Shown: one piece after another, positions 30,095-39,250 of the stretch
Position numbering within the stretch: position 1 is the first letter of the stretch
Layout: every line of letters starts with the position of its first letter
Assembly (NCBI GenBank): GCA_011522725.1
Contig: WTIL01000081.1
Coordinates: 2,259-66,258, forward strand
Direction: 5' to 3'
DNA: 64,000 nucleotides
Origin: Rhodospirillaceae bacterium
Lineage (GTDB): Bacteria; Pseudomonadota; Alphaproteobacteria; Puniceispirillales; Puniceispirillaceae
Position numbers and translations under genes: made by a program
Notes under the pieces: generated by a model
The model's input: the letters and a program-made list of their open reading frames with translations, nothing else
What the model was told of the DNA's origin: nothing
The model's database searches: none

Positions 30095-30547
30095 ATGCCA
30101 CAGGTTGATTTCTATCACCTGACCAGGTCCGATATGGCCGAAGCATTGGTGATGCTGGTGAAGAAAAGCCAGCTCGCCGGCAAGAAAGTGCTGGTGCAAT
30201 GTCCGCGACCGGCTGCAGAGGCGATGGACGAGGCCCTTTGGACACAGGATCCGGAATCCTGGATACCGCACGGGCTGGATGATGCGGATGGCGCCTCGCA
30301 TGCGCATGCATGGATCATGTCTGTGCCTGAGGGCAATCCGATTTCAGCTGAATTCCTGTTTCTTCTTCACGGGGCGGAGCGGCCCGACATGACGTCGTTC
30401 GAGCGGGTGTTCAACCTGTTTGACGGCCGATCGGACGCCCAGCTCTCCGAGGCCCGTTCCCAATGGCAGGAATGGCGCAAGAACGAAGCCCTCGAGATGC
30501 GTTATTTCGCACAGGATGACGAAGGAAAATGGGAGAAACGAGGCTGA
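30095..30547 (+). CDS. holC: DNA polymerase III chi subunit
   Basis: VDFYHL, DEALWT..PESWIPHG, ARSQW; follows pepA. Confidence 0.92.
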   Translation: MPQVDFYHLTRSDMAEALVMLVKKSQLAGKKVLVQCPRPAAEAMDEALWTQDPESWIPHGLDDADGASHAHAWIMSVPEGNPISAEFLFLLHGAERPDMTSFERVFNLFDGRSDAQLSEARSQWQEWRKNEALEMRYFAQDDEGKWEKRG

Positions 30548-30711
30548 TCAGCCGGTCCGGGTCGCGATAGACCCCTTTCTTTGCCGGATGCTTGCCTGTT
30601 TAGACCTTGTCACCCGTCGCCGCAGGCCCTATTAAAGCGGCGTTCCGGCCGGGTCCGGCCTTCAGACCACCCGTGCCGTCATCTGTTTCAACTGCTGCCA
30701 AAGGGAAAACC

Positions 30712-31134
30712 ATGGCTCTCGAAAGAACTTTCTCGATTATCAAGCCGGACGCGACCCGTCGCAACCTGACCGGCCAGATCAACGCCCGTTTTGAGGCTGC
30801 CGGCCTGCGCATTGTTGCCCAGAAGCGCAAGCAGCTGAGCGAGGCCGAGGCACGCGCCTTCTACGCTGTTCATGCCGAGCGCCCGTTCTACAACGATCTG
30901 GTGGCCTTCATGACCTCTGGTCCGGTCGTGCTTCAGGTTCTGGAAGGTGAAGACGCCATTGCGAAGAATCGCGAAGTGATGGGCGCCACCAACCCGGCAG
31001 ACGCCGCCAAGGGCACCATCCGCAAGGACTTTGCCGAGTCGATCGAAGCCAATTCGGTCCATGGCTCGGACGCGCCGGAAACCGCTGCCGAAGAAATCGC
31101 GTTCTTCTTCGCAGGCTCCGAGATCGCCGGCTGA
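30712..31134 (+). CDS. ndk: Nucleoside diphosphate kinase
   Basis: [24 protein letters not shown]. Confidence 0.98.
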   Translation: MALERTFSIIKPDATRRNLTGQINARFEAAGLRIVAQKRKQLSEAEARAFYAVHAERPFYNDLVAFMTSGPVVLQVLEGEDAIAKNREVMGATNPADAAKGTIRKDFAESIEANSVHGSDAPETAAEEIAFFFAGSEIAG

Positions 31135-31154
31135 TTTTTGGAATTTGAACTAGC

Positions 31155-31188
31155 CGTATGGCGGGGCGGACGCGCCGCCATACGTTTT
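31155..31188 (+). terminator. Intrinsic terminator after ndk
   Basis: CGTATGGCGG-10 nt-CCGCCATACG-TTTT. Confidence 0.75.
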
Positions 31189-31210
31189 GCCCCTCGGGGC
31201 GGCGGACGCG

Positions 31211-31342
31211 TCAGAGAAGCGTGACCGCCATGATGATCAGTGTCAAAGCAACCAGCACCCCGACAATCTTCGCGCCGTTCATGAAGGCGTGATAGGTGTT
31301 GAGATGCGTGTGTGCCTGCTGGTCGAACTCGCTGGTATCCAT
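31211..31342 (-). CDS. ctaH: aa3-type cytochrome c oxidase subunit IV-like small protein (43 aa), absent from the ORF track
   Basis: Manual translation MDTSEFDQQAHTHLNTYHAFMNGAKIVGVLVALTLIIMAVTLL*; H-x-x-T-Y-x-x-F followed by a single TM helix; GGAG RBS. Confidence 0.75.
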   Translation of the reverse strand: MDTSEFDQQAHTHLNTYHAFMNGAKIVGVLVALTLIIMAVTLL

Positions 31343-31408
31343 GATTCTGGCTCCCCCCAAATCACATGATTGGCCTAAACCGGTTTATCGCCCAAGGTGG
31401 TGGTGAAA

Positions 31409-32104
31409 TCAATTGCTGATTTCGCTGTGCGCGGCTGTGGCTGGCCAGATAACCGTGCCTGACAGAACATCCGCTATCGCCGGGTCTGTGTCCTTCAGGG
31501 CAGCCGGGCCATTATGCCAGACGACGCCGTCAGGGCCTGCCATCAACGCGCCGTTGGCAAGGGACGCGACCACAAAGGGATAGAGAGCATGTTCAAGGCG
31601 AAGCACGCGCGCGGCGAGGCTGCCGGCATCCTCGCCTTCCGTCACAGCCAGCCCTGCCTGTAACAGCATCGGGCCGTCATCAAGTTCCGCTGTGACGAGA
31701 TGAACGCTCGCGCCATGACGGGCCATGCCCGCGGCGATGGCTCTCTCATGCGTATCAAGCCCTTTCAAGTCGGGGAGCAAGGACGGGTGGATGTTGATGA
31801 TGCGTCCCGCAAACCGCTCGACGAAGGCTGGTGACAGGATGGCCATATACCCGGCAAGGCAGATGATCTCGGCGCCCGCCTCAACAATGGCATCGCCGAG
31901 AGCGGCTTCCTGGTCCTGCCGTGATGCGAAATCTGTCCGCGAGACGAGCTGTGTGGACAATCCCTTTGTTTCGGCGAGCGCAAGTCCTTCGCAGGCTTTG
32001 TTCGCCGCAACAAGGACGATTTCGAAGCCGCTGGCGGGACCGGCATTGACGGCCAGCCGTTGCATGTTGCTGCCACGCCCCGAAATCAGCACCGCGATGC
32101 GCAT
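31409..32104 (-). CDS. purN: Phosphoribosylglycinamide formyltransferase
   Basis: ISGRGSNM, LAGYMAIL, INIHPSLLP, ELDDGP. Confidence 0.96.
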   Translation of the reverse strand: MRIAVLISGRGSNMQRLAVNAGPASGFEIVLVAANKACEGLALAETKGLSTQLVSRTDFASRQDQEAALGDAIVEAGAEIICLAGYMAILSPAFVERFAGRIINIHPSLLPDLKGLDTHERAIAAGMARHGASVHLVTAELDDGPMLLQAGLAVTEGEDAGSLAARVLRLEHALYPFVVASLANGALMAGPDGVVWHNGPAALKDTDPAIADVLSGTVIWPATAAHSEISN

Positions 32105-33189
32105 CAGGAGGCCGTCGACCAGCTTTCCTGACCGCTGAAGACGACGGCCGGGCCGTCACCACGGGCGCTCAGGCGGCCGGCAATCCAGGCATCGGGCTCC
32201 GGACCGTCGCGAAGCGCCGACAGGCAGGAGCCGGCGCTGTCTTCCGAAGTGAAAATCAGCAGGCCGATGCCGCAATTGAACGTGCGTGCCATTTCGCCGG
32301 CCTCAATCCCGCCCTTGCGGGACAGCCAGCTGAAAATTGGTGGCAATGTCCAGCTTGTGCAGTCTATGGCGAGTGACAGGTCTTCGCCGAAAACCCGTGG
32401 CGGGTTCTCGACAAGGCCGCCACCGGTCACATGGCAGATACCGGTCACATGTCCGGCCGCATGGGCCGCCCGCGTGCCGTGGTGATAGATGCGTGTCGGC
32501 TCCAGAAGCGCTTCGCCAAGCGGAAGGTCGAGCCCGTCAATGCGGTCGTCGAGGCTTGTGCCGGTGACATCGATGATCTTGCGAACCAGCGAGAAGCCGT
32601 TGGCGTGAACCCCGGACGAGGGAAGCGCGATGGCGACATCGCCTTCCTGTGGCATCCCGCGCGACAGCAGCGTGCCGCGTTCGGCGGCGCCGACGGCAAA
32701 GCCGGCAAGGTCGAACCCGCCATCCGGATAGACGCCCGGCATCTCGGCCGTCTCGCCGCCGATCAAGGCGGCCTCGCACTCGACACAGCCATCGGCGATG
32801 CCGGCAACAACCTCGGCGGCGATGGCGCGCTCGAGCTTGCCGGTTGCGAAATAGTCCAGGAAGAACAGTGGAACAGCACCCTGTGCAATCAGGTCGTTGA
32901 CGCACATGGCCACCAGATCGATGCCGAGGCCGCGATAACGGCCGACGGCGCGCGCCAGTTCCAGCTTGGTGCCGACACCGTCCGTCGCGGCGACAAGGAT
33001 CGGGTCGTCGAACCCTGCCGCCTTCAGGTCGAACAGCCCGCCGAACCCGCCCAGCGCCACATCCGCGCCGGCACGGCGCGTGCGCGCGGCATCCGGCCCG
33101 ATATCGCGGACGAGGGCGTCTCCGGCGTCGATATCAACCCCGGCGTCACGATAGCTGAGAGAATTACGGGGCGGAGTTTTGTCTGACAT
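32104..33189 (-). CDS. purM: AIR synthase
   Basis: YRDAGVDID, TDGVGTK, GGETAEMP, SSGVHANGFSL, HVTGGG, TFNCGIG; start at MSDKTP. Confidence 0.97.
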   Translation of the reverse strand: MSDKTPPRNSLSYRDAGVDIDAGDALVRDIGPDAARTRRAGADVALGGFGGLFDLKAAGFDDPILVAATDGVGTKLELARAVGRYRGLGIDLVAMCVNDLIAQGAVPLFFLDYFATGKLERAIAAEVVAGIADGCVECEAALIGGETAEMPGVYPDGGFDLAGFAVGAAERGTLLSRGMPQEGDVAIALPSSGVHANGFSLVRKIIDVTGTSLDDRIDGLDLPLGEALLEPTRIYHHGTRAAHAAGHVTGICHVTGGGLVENPPRVFGEDLSLAIDCTSWTLPPIFSWLSRKGGIEAGEMARTFNCGIGLLIFTSEDSAGSCLSALRDGPEPDAWIAGRLSARGDGPAVVFSGQESWSTAS

Positions 33190-33257
33190 GCTGGCAAGCC
33201 CGAGGCGGATTGGTGTAGAAGATGACGGAGTGCCCGCCATCATAAAGACTGGATGCC

Positions 33258-34376
33258 ATGCGTATAGCCCCATTCTGCCGCCGATTGTCGTTAGCCTTGC
33301 TGGCACTTGCCGGCATGACGGTGATCGCTGTGCAGCCTGCGAGTGCATTCGAGCAGTGCCCGAAGCCGCAGTTCGGGGTCAGCGGCATCGCCATCGACAA
33401 GACCGCGCCCACTGCCGCAGAGGCGCAGACGGCTGGTGTCGAGGAGGCGGCGCGGATCGGTTTCCAGCGTATTCTCTACCGGTTGTTGCGATCGGACGGG
33501 CTGGTGGAGAGCTTTATTGCGACACATGATGTCAGCAGCTTTGTCGATTTCTATCACATCTCCGAAGAGAACAGCCTCGAGGGGCGGTATATCGCGATCC
33601 TCGACTATTGTTTCGACGCACCGAGGATGCGGGCCGCATTCCGCGAGTCCGGATATGAATGGGCCGAGTTGAAAAGCCCGAAGATCCTGGTATTGCCGGT
33701 ATGGCTGGCGCCGGACGGCGCGCGCGCCTGGCAAAAGGACAATGAGTGGCTTGCCGGATGGCGTTCGATTGTGGAACAGGCCGACGGGCTTGTGGATTTC
33801 GCGTTGCTGAAGCCGACGATCCTGAATGAGCGCAGCCTGCGGGCCGAGGATATCGTCGCTGCCGACCCGTTGACATTGCGCAAGGCGGCCACCGTGGCCG
33901 GGGCCGACCAGATCATGCTTGTGGTCGCGAGGCTGGATTACGACGGCGCGCAACAGACGCTGGCGGTCGACGGAGAGCTGTTCAAGGACAATGCGGACCG
34001 CCTCGCCGTGCTGGCCGAATGGGTCGACAGGCCGGTCTTCGGCAATCTTTCCGAGCAGCTGGTGCTGGCGCAGCGGCAGATCCTGACGGAATTCGAGACC
34101 AGCTGGCACCGCGCCAACATCATCCGTGGCGGCGAGACGCGCGAGATCACGGTCGAGGTGCCGGTCAAGGGGCTTCGGGACTGGGCATCGCGGCTCGAGG
34201 CGTTCGGCTCTGTTGCCGTGATCGACAGTTTTGTGGTCCGCAAGGTCGACACTTCCGGCGGCCTGGTGACACTGACGGTCGTCGGCGATGACGCGGCGGT
34301 CGCCAATGCGCTGGGCACTCATGACCTTCGGCTCAGCCGCCTGGATGACGGTCGCAACGTCATCGAACCGCAATAG
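33258..34376 (+). CDS. Exported protein, DUF2066-like
   Basis: Signal peptide; divergent from purM and upstream of hdaA as in other alphaproteobacteria; ILVLPVW..W..W pattern. Confidence 0.65.
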   Translation: MRIAPFCRRLSLALLALAGMTVIAVQPASAFEQCPKPQFGVSGIAIDKTAPTAAEAQTAGVEEAARIGFQRILYRLLRSDGLVESFIATHDVSSFVDFYHISEENSLEGRYIAILDYCFDAPRMRAAFRESGYEWAELKSPKILVLPVWLAPDGARAWQKDNEWLAGWRSIVEQADGLVDFALLKPTILNERSLRAEDIVAADPLTLRKAATVAGADQIMLVVARLDYDGAQQTLAVDGELFKDNADRLAVLAEWVDRPVFGNLSEQLVLAQRQILTEFETSWHRANIIRGGETREITVEVPVKGLRDWASRLEAFGSVAVIDSFVVRKVDTSGGLVTLTVVGDDAAVANALGTHDLRLSRLDDGRNVIEPQ

Positions 34377-34397
34377 CGGTATGCGTTCGGACCCGAC

Positions 34398-35126
34398 ATG
34401 TCGCAATTGCCACTAGACCTTCAGTTCATATCCACGCCGGGGCGCGACGATTTTCTCGTCAGCGACTGCAACCGGCTGGCAACTTCATGGATCGACCGCT
34501 GGCCCGACTGGCCGGGCCAGTACCGGGTGCTCAACCTCGTGGGCCCGGCAGCAAGCGGGAAAAGCCATCTGGCCGCCATCTGGAGCCGGCAGGCCGACGC
34601 GCTTACCATCACGGAACTTGCCGACGGGACCGCGCCGGTGGACGGGAATATCGTTCTCGACAATCTGGATGCCGGTGACAGCTGGAACGAGGAAGCGCTG
34701 TTTCATCTGGTCAACCGCACAGCTGACGGCGCTGCCTCGGTTCTCGTCACCAGCGAGACACCTGTCGCAGCGATGGGGTGGTCTCTGCCCGACCTGTCTT
34801 CACGGATGCGCGCGCTCTCCGTTGCAACGCTCGACGCGCCGGATGACGCGCTGCTTCGTTCGTTGCTGGAAAAATATTTTGCCGACAGGCAGCTTGCCGT
34901 GGCCACGCAAGTGCTTGATTACATGGTATCGCGAATGGAACGCAGCTTTGTCGCCGTGCAGACGATCGCGGCAGCGATGGACCGTCGCTCGCTTGCCGAA
35001 CGCCGTAATCTGACGCTGCCTCTGGCACGCGAGATCATGACCGAATTTGCCGATGGCGACCATGCGCGCCAGCCGGCGCTGCCGACAGGGCCGGGCACCA
35101 CCGGCCCGGAACCCGAGGAGGATTGA
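34398..35126 (+). CDS. hdaA: DnaA regulatory inactivator HdaA
   Basis: N-terminal clamp-binding QLPLDL, GPAASGKSHL, LFHLVN, LPDLSSR, RMERS. Confidence 0.9.
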   Translation: MSQLPLDLQFISTPGRDDFLVSDCNRLATSWIDRWPDWPGQYRVLNLVGPAASGKSHLAAIWSRQADALTITELADGTAPVDGNIVLDNLDAGDSWNEEALFHLVNRTADGAASVLVTSETPVAAMGWSLPDLSSRMRALSVATLDAPDDALLRSLLEKYFADRQLAVATQVLDYMVSRMERSFVAVQTIAAAMDRRSLAERRNLTLPLAREIMTEFADGDHARQPALPTGPGTTGPEPEED

Positions 35127-35909
35127 ATGCTTGATTTTGGAATTGCCGGAAAGACCGCTGTTGTATGCGCTTCCAGCAAGGGGCTGGGCTATGGCTGTGC
35201 GGATGCACTTGCCGCGGTCGGGGTCAATCTGGTGATGAACGCCCGTACGCCGGAGACACTCGCTGCCGCTGCCGCGCGCATTCGTGACGCGCATGGTGTC
35301 GAGGTGAAAGAGGTGCCGGCCGATATCACGACCACGGAGGGCCGCGCCGCCGTCCTCGAAGCCGCAGGCCATGTCGACATTCTGGTGAACAATGCCGGTG
35401 GCCCGCCGCCGGGTGATTTCCGCGACTGGACAAGAGAGACCTGGATCACAGCGCTCGACGCCAACATGCTGGCCGCATTCGAGCTGATCAAGGCGGTGGT
35501 CGACCCGATGATCGACAACCGGTTCGGACGGATCGTCAACATCACCTCGGGATCGGTGAAGTCGCCCATTGCCCAGCTCGGCTTGTCGAACGGCGCGCGT
35601 GCCGCGCTGACCGGTTTCTGCGCGGGCCTGGCACGCCAGGTGGCGCAGCATAATGTGACAGTGAACGGGCTTCTTCCCGGCCAGTTCAATACCGACCGGA
35701 TCGAATCGCTGATCAGCGCCACTGCCGAACGCGAAGGCCGCAGTTCGGCCGAGGTGCGCGATATGTTCGAGCAGCGCAATCCGGCAAAGCGGCTTGGCGA
35801 GATCGAAGAGTTCGGATTCGCCTGCGCGTGGATGTGCAGCGCCCGTTCCGGCTATCTGACAGGTCAGAACATCCTGATCGACGGCGGCAGCTTCAACAGC
35901 ACGCTGTAG
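35127..35909 (+). CDS. SDR family oxidoreductase
   Basis: CASSKGLG, NNAGGPPPG, LSNGARAAL (atypical catalytic motif), YLTGQNILIDGG. Confidence 0.88.
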   Translation: MLDFGIAGKTAVVCASSKGLGYGCADALAAVGVNLVMNARTPETLAAAAARIRDAHGVEVKEVPADITTTEGRAAVLEAAGHVDILVNNAGGPPPGDFRDWTRETWITALDANMLAAFELIKAVVDPMIDNRFGRIVNITSGSVKSPIAQLGLSNGARAALTGFCAGLARQVAQHNVTVNGLLPGQFNTDRIESLISATAEREGRSSAEVRDMFEQRNPAKRLGEIEEFGFACAWMCSARSGYLTGQNILIDGGSFNSTL

Positions 35910-35926
35910 GGGCAGGAGCCGGGGTT

Positions 35927-37117
35927 TCAGAGCTCGATTACACGAATGCGTTTGCCGTCCGCGGCAAGCGCAATCTTGCCATGCTTCAGGCGCAGCGCGA
36001 CCTCGCCGAACACCTCGCGCCGCCATCCGCTCTGCGCCCTGACCGGGGCCTCGTCGTCGAGGGCAAGCGCCTCGAGCTCGTCGGCAGAGGCGACGAGGCG
36101 CGGGGCGATTCCCTCCGAATCCGTGATGTGCTTGAGCAGGACGCGGAGAAGCTCCATGACGGCGGCCGGCGGTTTCGGCGTGCGGCCTTCCGACAGGGCC
36201 TCGGGAAGGGTGCTGTCGGGCATCGCCTCGACCTCGCGAAGCAGGGCGAGGACGGGCGTCGCCAGCTTGCCGTTGGCACCTCCCGGGAAATTCCTGATCT
36301 TGCCGAATTCGGCGGTGGTCGAGGGGTTGGTTCCGGCAAGATCGAGAATGGTCTCGTCCCGCAGGATGCGGTTGCGCGGCAGGTCGCGGCGCTGCGCCTC
36401 GGCCTCGCGCCATTCGGCAAGATGCATCATCCGGCGCAGCTGCACCGGCTTCATGTTCCGCACCTTGATCCGCTTCCAGGCATCGGCCGGCGCGGTGTGA
36501 TATGTGGCCGGATTGGTCAATTTGGCGTTTTCGTCGTCCAGCCAGCTTGCCCGGCCTTTCTTCTCAAGCTGTGCAAGCAGCTTCGGATACATCTCGGCAA
36601 GATAGATGACGTCATCAAGCGCATAGCTGATCTGGCGCGCGCTCAACGGGCGCCGCGACCAGTCGGTGAAACGCGAGCTCTTGTCGATGTCCTGTTTCAG
36701 GACAGCGCGCACCAGCCGGTCATAGCCGACCTGGTCGCCATGGCCCAGCACCATGGCCGCGATCTGGGAATCGAAAAGCGGCAGCGGCAGCTTTCCCATT
36801 TCCTTGAAGAAGATCTCGAGATCCTGATTCGCCGCGTGAAACACCTTGGTGATGGATTCATCGGCCATGAGATCCCACAGCGGTTGCAGGTCGATCCCCG
36901 GTGCCAGCGGGTCGACCGCCGCCGCATGGGTGCCGTCGCTGATCTGGATCAGGCACAGCTGCGAGTAGTAGGTCTGCTCGCGCATGAATTCGGTATCCAC
37001 CGCGAGGAACTCGGCGCCGGCGAAACGCTTTGCAAGCGCCGCCACGTCAGAAGACGTCGCGATGACATCTTCCGCCGGTGGTGATGGTGGCTGTTTGGTG
37101 CGTCGGCTTTTTGCCAT
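35927..37117 (-). CDS. rnd: Ribonuclease D
   Basis: AVDTEFMREQTYY, KVFHAANQD, FDSQIAA, TDWSRRPL, YALDDV, HRDC region. Confidence 0.96.
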   Translation of the reverse strand: MAKSRRTKQPPSPPAEDVIATSSDVAALAKRFAGAEFLAVDTEFMREQTYYSQLCLIQISDGTHAAAVDPLAPGIDLQPLWDLMADESITKVFHAANQDLEIFFKEMGKLPLPLFDSQIAAMVLGHGDQVGYDRLVRAVLKQDIDKSSRFTDWSRRPLSARQISYALDDVIYLAEMYPKLLAQLEKKGRASWLDDENAKLTNPATYHTAPADAWKRIKVRNMKPVQLRRMMHLAEWREAEAQRRDLPRNRILRDETILDLAGTNPSTTAEFGKIRNFPGGANGKLATPVLALLREVEAMPDSTLPEALSEGRTPKPPAAVMELLRVLLKHITDSEGIAPRLVASADELEALALDDEAPVRAQSGWRREVFGEVALRLKHGKIALAADGKRIRVIEL

Positions 37118-37222
37118 GAACTCAGGATACTTTCCGATGTGAGATGCCCGTATAGAGTAAAATTGCCGCAGGACAAAGGCAAAGCTGTTGAATCCGGGCG
37201 AATGGCCTATGATGGTGATGTG

Positions 37223-38056
37223 ATGTCAAAGCAAACAAAAACAAACCCCCATCGTGCTGCTGCCGTCATTCTTTCGGTTGCGCTGGCAGCTGGCGTTCCG
37301 TTCCAGGCGGCAAGCGCAAAGATCAATTCAAAACTCGTCGAGCACAAAGCCTTCTACGAAATGCAGATGGGCGAACGGCTGCAGAACTCGCATATCGTCA
37401 ACATCAACGGCATGTCGGCATTCGCCATCGAGCGCGACTGTACCGGCTGGCGGTCGATCGAGGATTACATGATCCAGTTCGTTGCGGAAAGCGGCGGCTC
37501 GGATCGCGTTCTCTCGCATTTCGAAAGCTGGGAAGCCGACAGTGGCGACAAGTACAGCTTTGATATTATGGAAGAATCATCTTTCGAGGGACGCAAGGAT
37601 TTTGGCGGTTTCGTCGAGATTGCCAGCGGCGGGGACGGCAACGCCTATTTCACCATGGAGCCTGATTCGGCGATCAAGCTGCCGTCCGGGACCGTGTTCC
37701 CGATGCAGCATGTCCGCAACATCCTCGAGCATGCCGAAGCCGGCAAGAAGATCATCGGCGCCACTGTGTTCACAGGTGCGGAACCGGACAGCGCGCTGAT
37801 GCGCACTTCGACTGTTGTCGGCGGCTGGCGTGACGAGCCGGCGACCGGTCTTGGCGAGCTGGCCGAAGAAGGTTACTGGCAGATCAACGTCGCCTATTTC
37901 AAGCCGTCATCGACATCCGCCGAGCCGGAATATGAAATCCAGTTCTCGATGCAGGCCAATGGCCTTGTCCGCGAATACGAGATCAATTACGGCGACTTCA
38001 GCATCATGGCCAACCTGAAATCGGTCGAGCCGGTCGAATCAGTCAGCTGCAGCTGA
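37223..38056 (+). CDS. eipB: EipB/DUF1849 cell-envelope protein
   Basis: Signal peptide, HKAFYEM, C.GW, FESWE, FPMQH, NGLVR...YGDF, C-terminal Cys. Confidence 0.75.
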   Translation: MSKQTKTNPHRAAAVILSVALAAGVPFQAASAKINSKLVEHKAFYEMQMGERLQNSHIVNINGMSAFAIERDCTGWRSIEDYMIQFVAESGGSDRVLSHFESWEADSGDKYSFDIMEESSFEGRKDFGGFVEIASGGDGNAYFTMEPDSAIKLPSGTVFPMQHVRNILEHAEAGKKIIGATVFTGAEPDSALMRTSTVVGGWRDEPATGLGELAEEGYWQINVAYFKPSSTSAEPEYEIQFSMQANGLVREYEINYGDFSIMANLKSVEPVESVSCS

Positions 38057-38062
38057 CTGCCA

Positions 38063-38947
38063 TCAATTTTTACCCGACATCAGCAATGCCGCGCCCTTGA
38101 GAAGGGCGTCGGCGCCATTCGCGGACACTGCGAGGCGGGTTTTTGTGCGATTGATCTGCACATAGCCTGGCCATTTGCGCGGCACCCGCGTCTCCAGCCG
38201 TTCGGGAAGCGGCACCATGCCTCCAAGGATGATCATCTGCGGGTCGAACAGGCTGATGATGGTTGCCGTCGCCCGGCCGAGCCTGTCCTCGAAGACCTGC
38301 ACGACTGAATCGGCGACGATATCGCCTGTGGCCGCCGCCGCGGCAATGCTGGCGGCGTCGTGGCGCTCTCCGGTGATGCGTTCGTAATCATCCTCAAAGC
38401 CGCTCTCGGACAGGAATGTCTCGAGGCACCCGCTGCGACCGCACCAGCAATGCCTGCCGTCGAGCTCGTGCGGCACCGGCGAGGGGAGCTGCAGATGCGC
38501 CCAGTTTCCGGCCGCGCCGTGTGCCCCTTCCAGCCTTGCGCCATTGGCCCTGATCCCGCCATGGCAGCTTTTCCCGATCCACAGCGCCACAAGTGTGTCA
38601 CTCTTCGGCATGTCGCGTGCCTCGAAAGCGGCAAGGCAGTCGCCGAAGCCATAAAGCCCGACCTCGCGCCCCAGCGCCGATTGCAGGTCACGCTGCAAGT
38701 TGCTCTGGCCGATGGTCGCAAGCGGCGTGAAGCTGACGACGCCCTCGTCGACGATCGCCGGCAGGGCCACTGCCACCTTCATGGCAGCGGTGCCGTCTCC
38801 CAGCGCGTCAACGGCATCACGGGCGGCGAGAAGCCAGCCGCGATAGTCGCCGTCGGGTGTGGCGACATCGCTGGCCAGAACGAAATCGCCGCCATCCGAA
38901 ATGGTGGCGGCGACAATGCGGTCGTGATGAAAGGCGAGGCTGATCAT
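38063..38947 (-). CDS. ROK family protein (Mak/fructokinase-like fold) with degenerate catalytic motifs
   Basis: Intact H...CWCGRSGCLE Zn motif, DPQMIILGG and GAA end; lacks DxGGT and NDAN. Confidence 0.8.
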   Translation of the reverse strand: MISLAFHHDRIVAATISDGGDFVLASDVATPDGDYRGWLLAARDAVDALGDGTAAMKVAVALPAIVDEGVVSFTPLATIGQSNLQRDLQSALGREVGLYGFGDCLAAFEARDMPKSDTLVALWIGKSCHGGIRANGARLEGAHGAAGNWAHLQLPSPVPHELDGRHCWCGRSGCLETFLSESGFEDDYERITGERHDAASIAAAAATGDIVADSVVQVFEDRLGRATATIISLFDPQMIILGGMVPLPERLETRVPRKWPGYVQINRTKTRLAVSANGADALLKGAALLMSGKN

Positions 38948-38990
38948 TGGCCCTGATGCCTGCCGGATTTCATCCGGCGAAGGCGGGAAG

Positions 38991-39158
38991 CTACTTGATC
39001 TTGGCTTCGCGGAACAGGACGTGCTTGCGGGCCTTCGGGTCGTACTTGCGAACCTCGAGCTTTTCCGGCTTGGTGCGCGGGTTCTTCTTGGTCACATAGA
39101 AGTAGCCGGTGTCGGCGGTGCTGACGAGGCGGATTTGCAGGGTTGCTGGCTTTGCCAT
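38991..39158 (-). CDS. rpmG: 50S ribosomal protein L33 (55 aa), absent from the ORF track
   Basis: Manual translation [55 protein letters not shown]. Confidence 0.97.
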   Translation of the reverse strand: MAKPATLQIRLVSTADTGYFYVTKKNPRTKPEKLEVRKYDPKARKHVLFREAKIK

Positions 39159-39214
39159 CTTTCAGGCTCCTTGGCTGTCGGCGCCGGGCGCCGGAATCTC
39201 GTAAAACAGCGCGC

Positions 39215-39243
39215 AAATTGGGCGAGACGGGCTCATTTGTCAA
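39215..39243 (-). promoter_or_regulatory. sigma70 promoter of rpmG
   Basis: Minus strand TTGACA-17 nt-CAATTT. Confidence 0.65.
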
Positions 39244-39250
39244 GCATTGA

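Noticed and set aside
31187-31369. 60-aa plus-strand ORF after ndk
   Set aside because: Antisense to the better supported 43-aa COX subunit IV-like gene and starts at the ndk terminator
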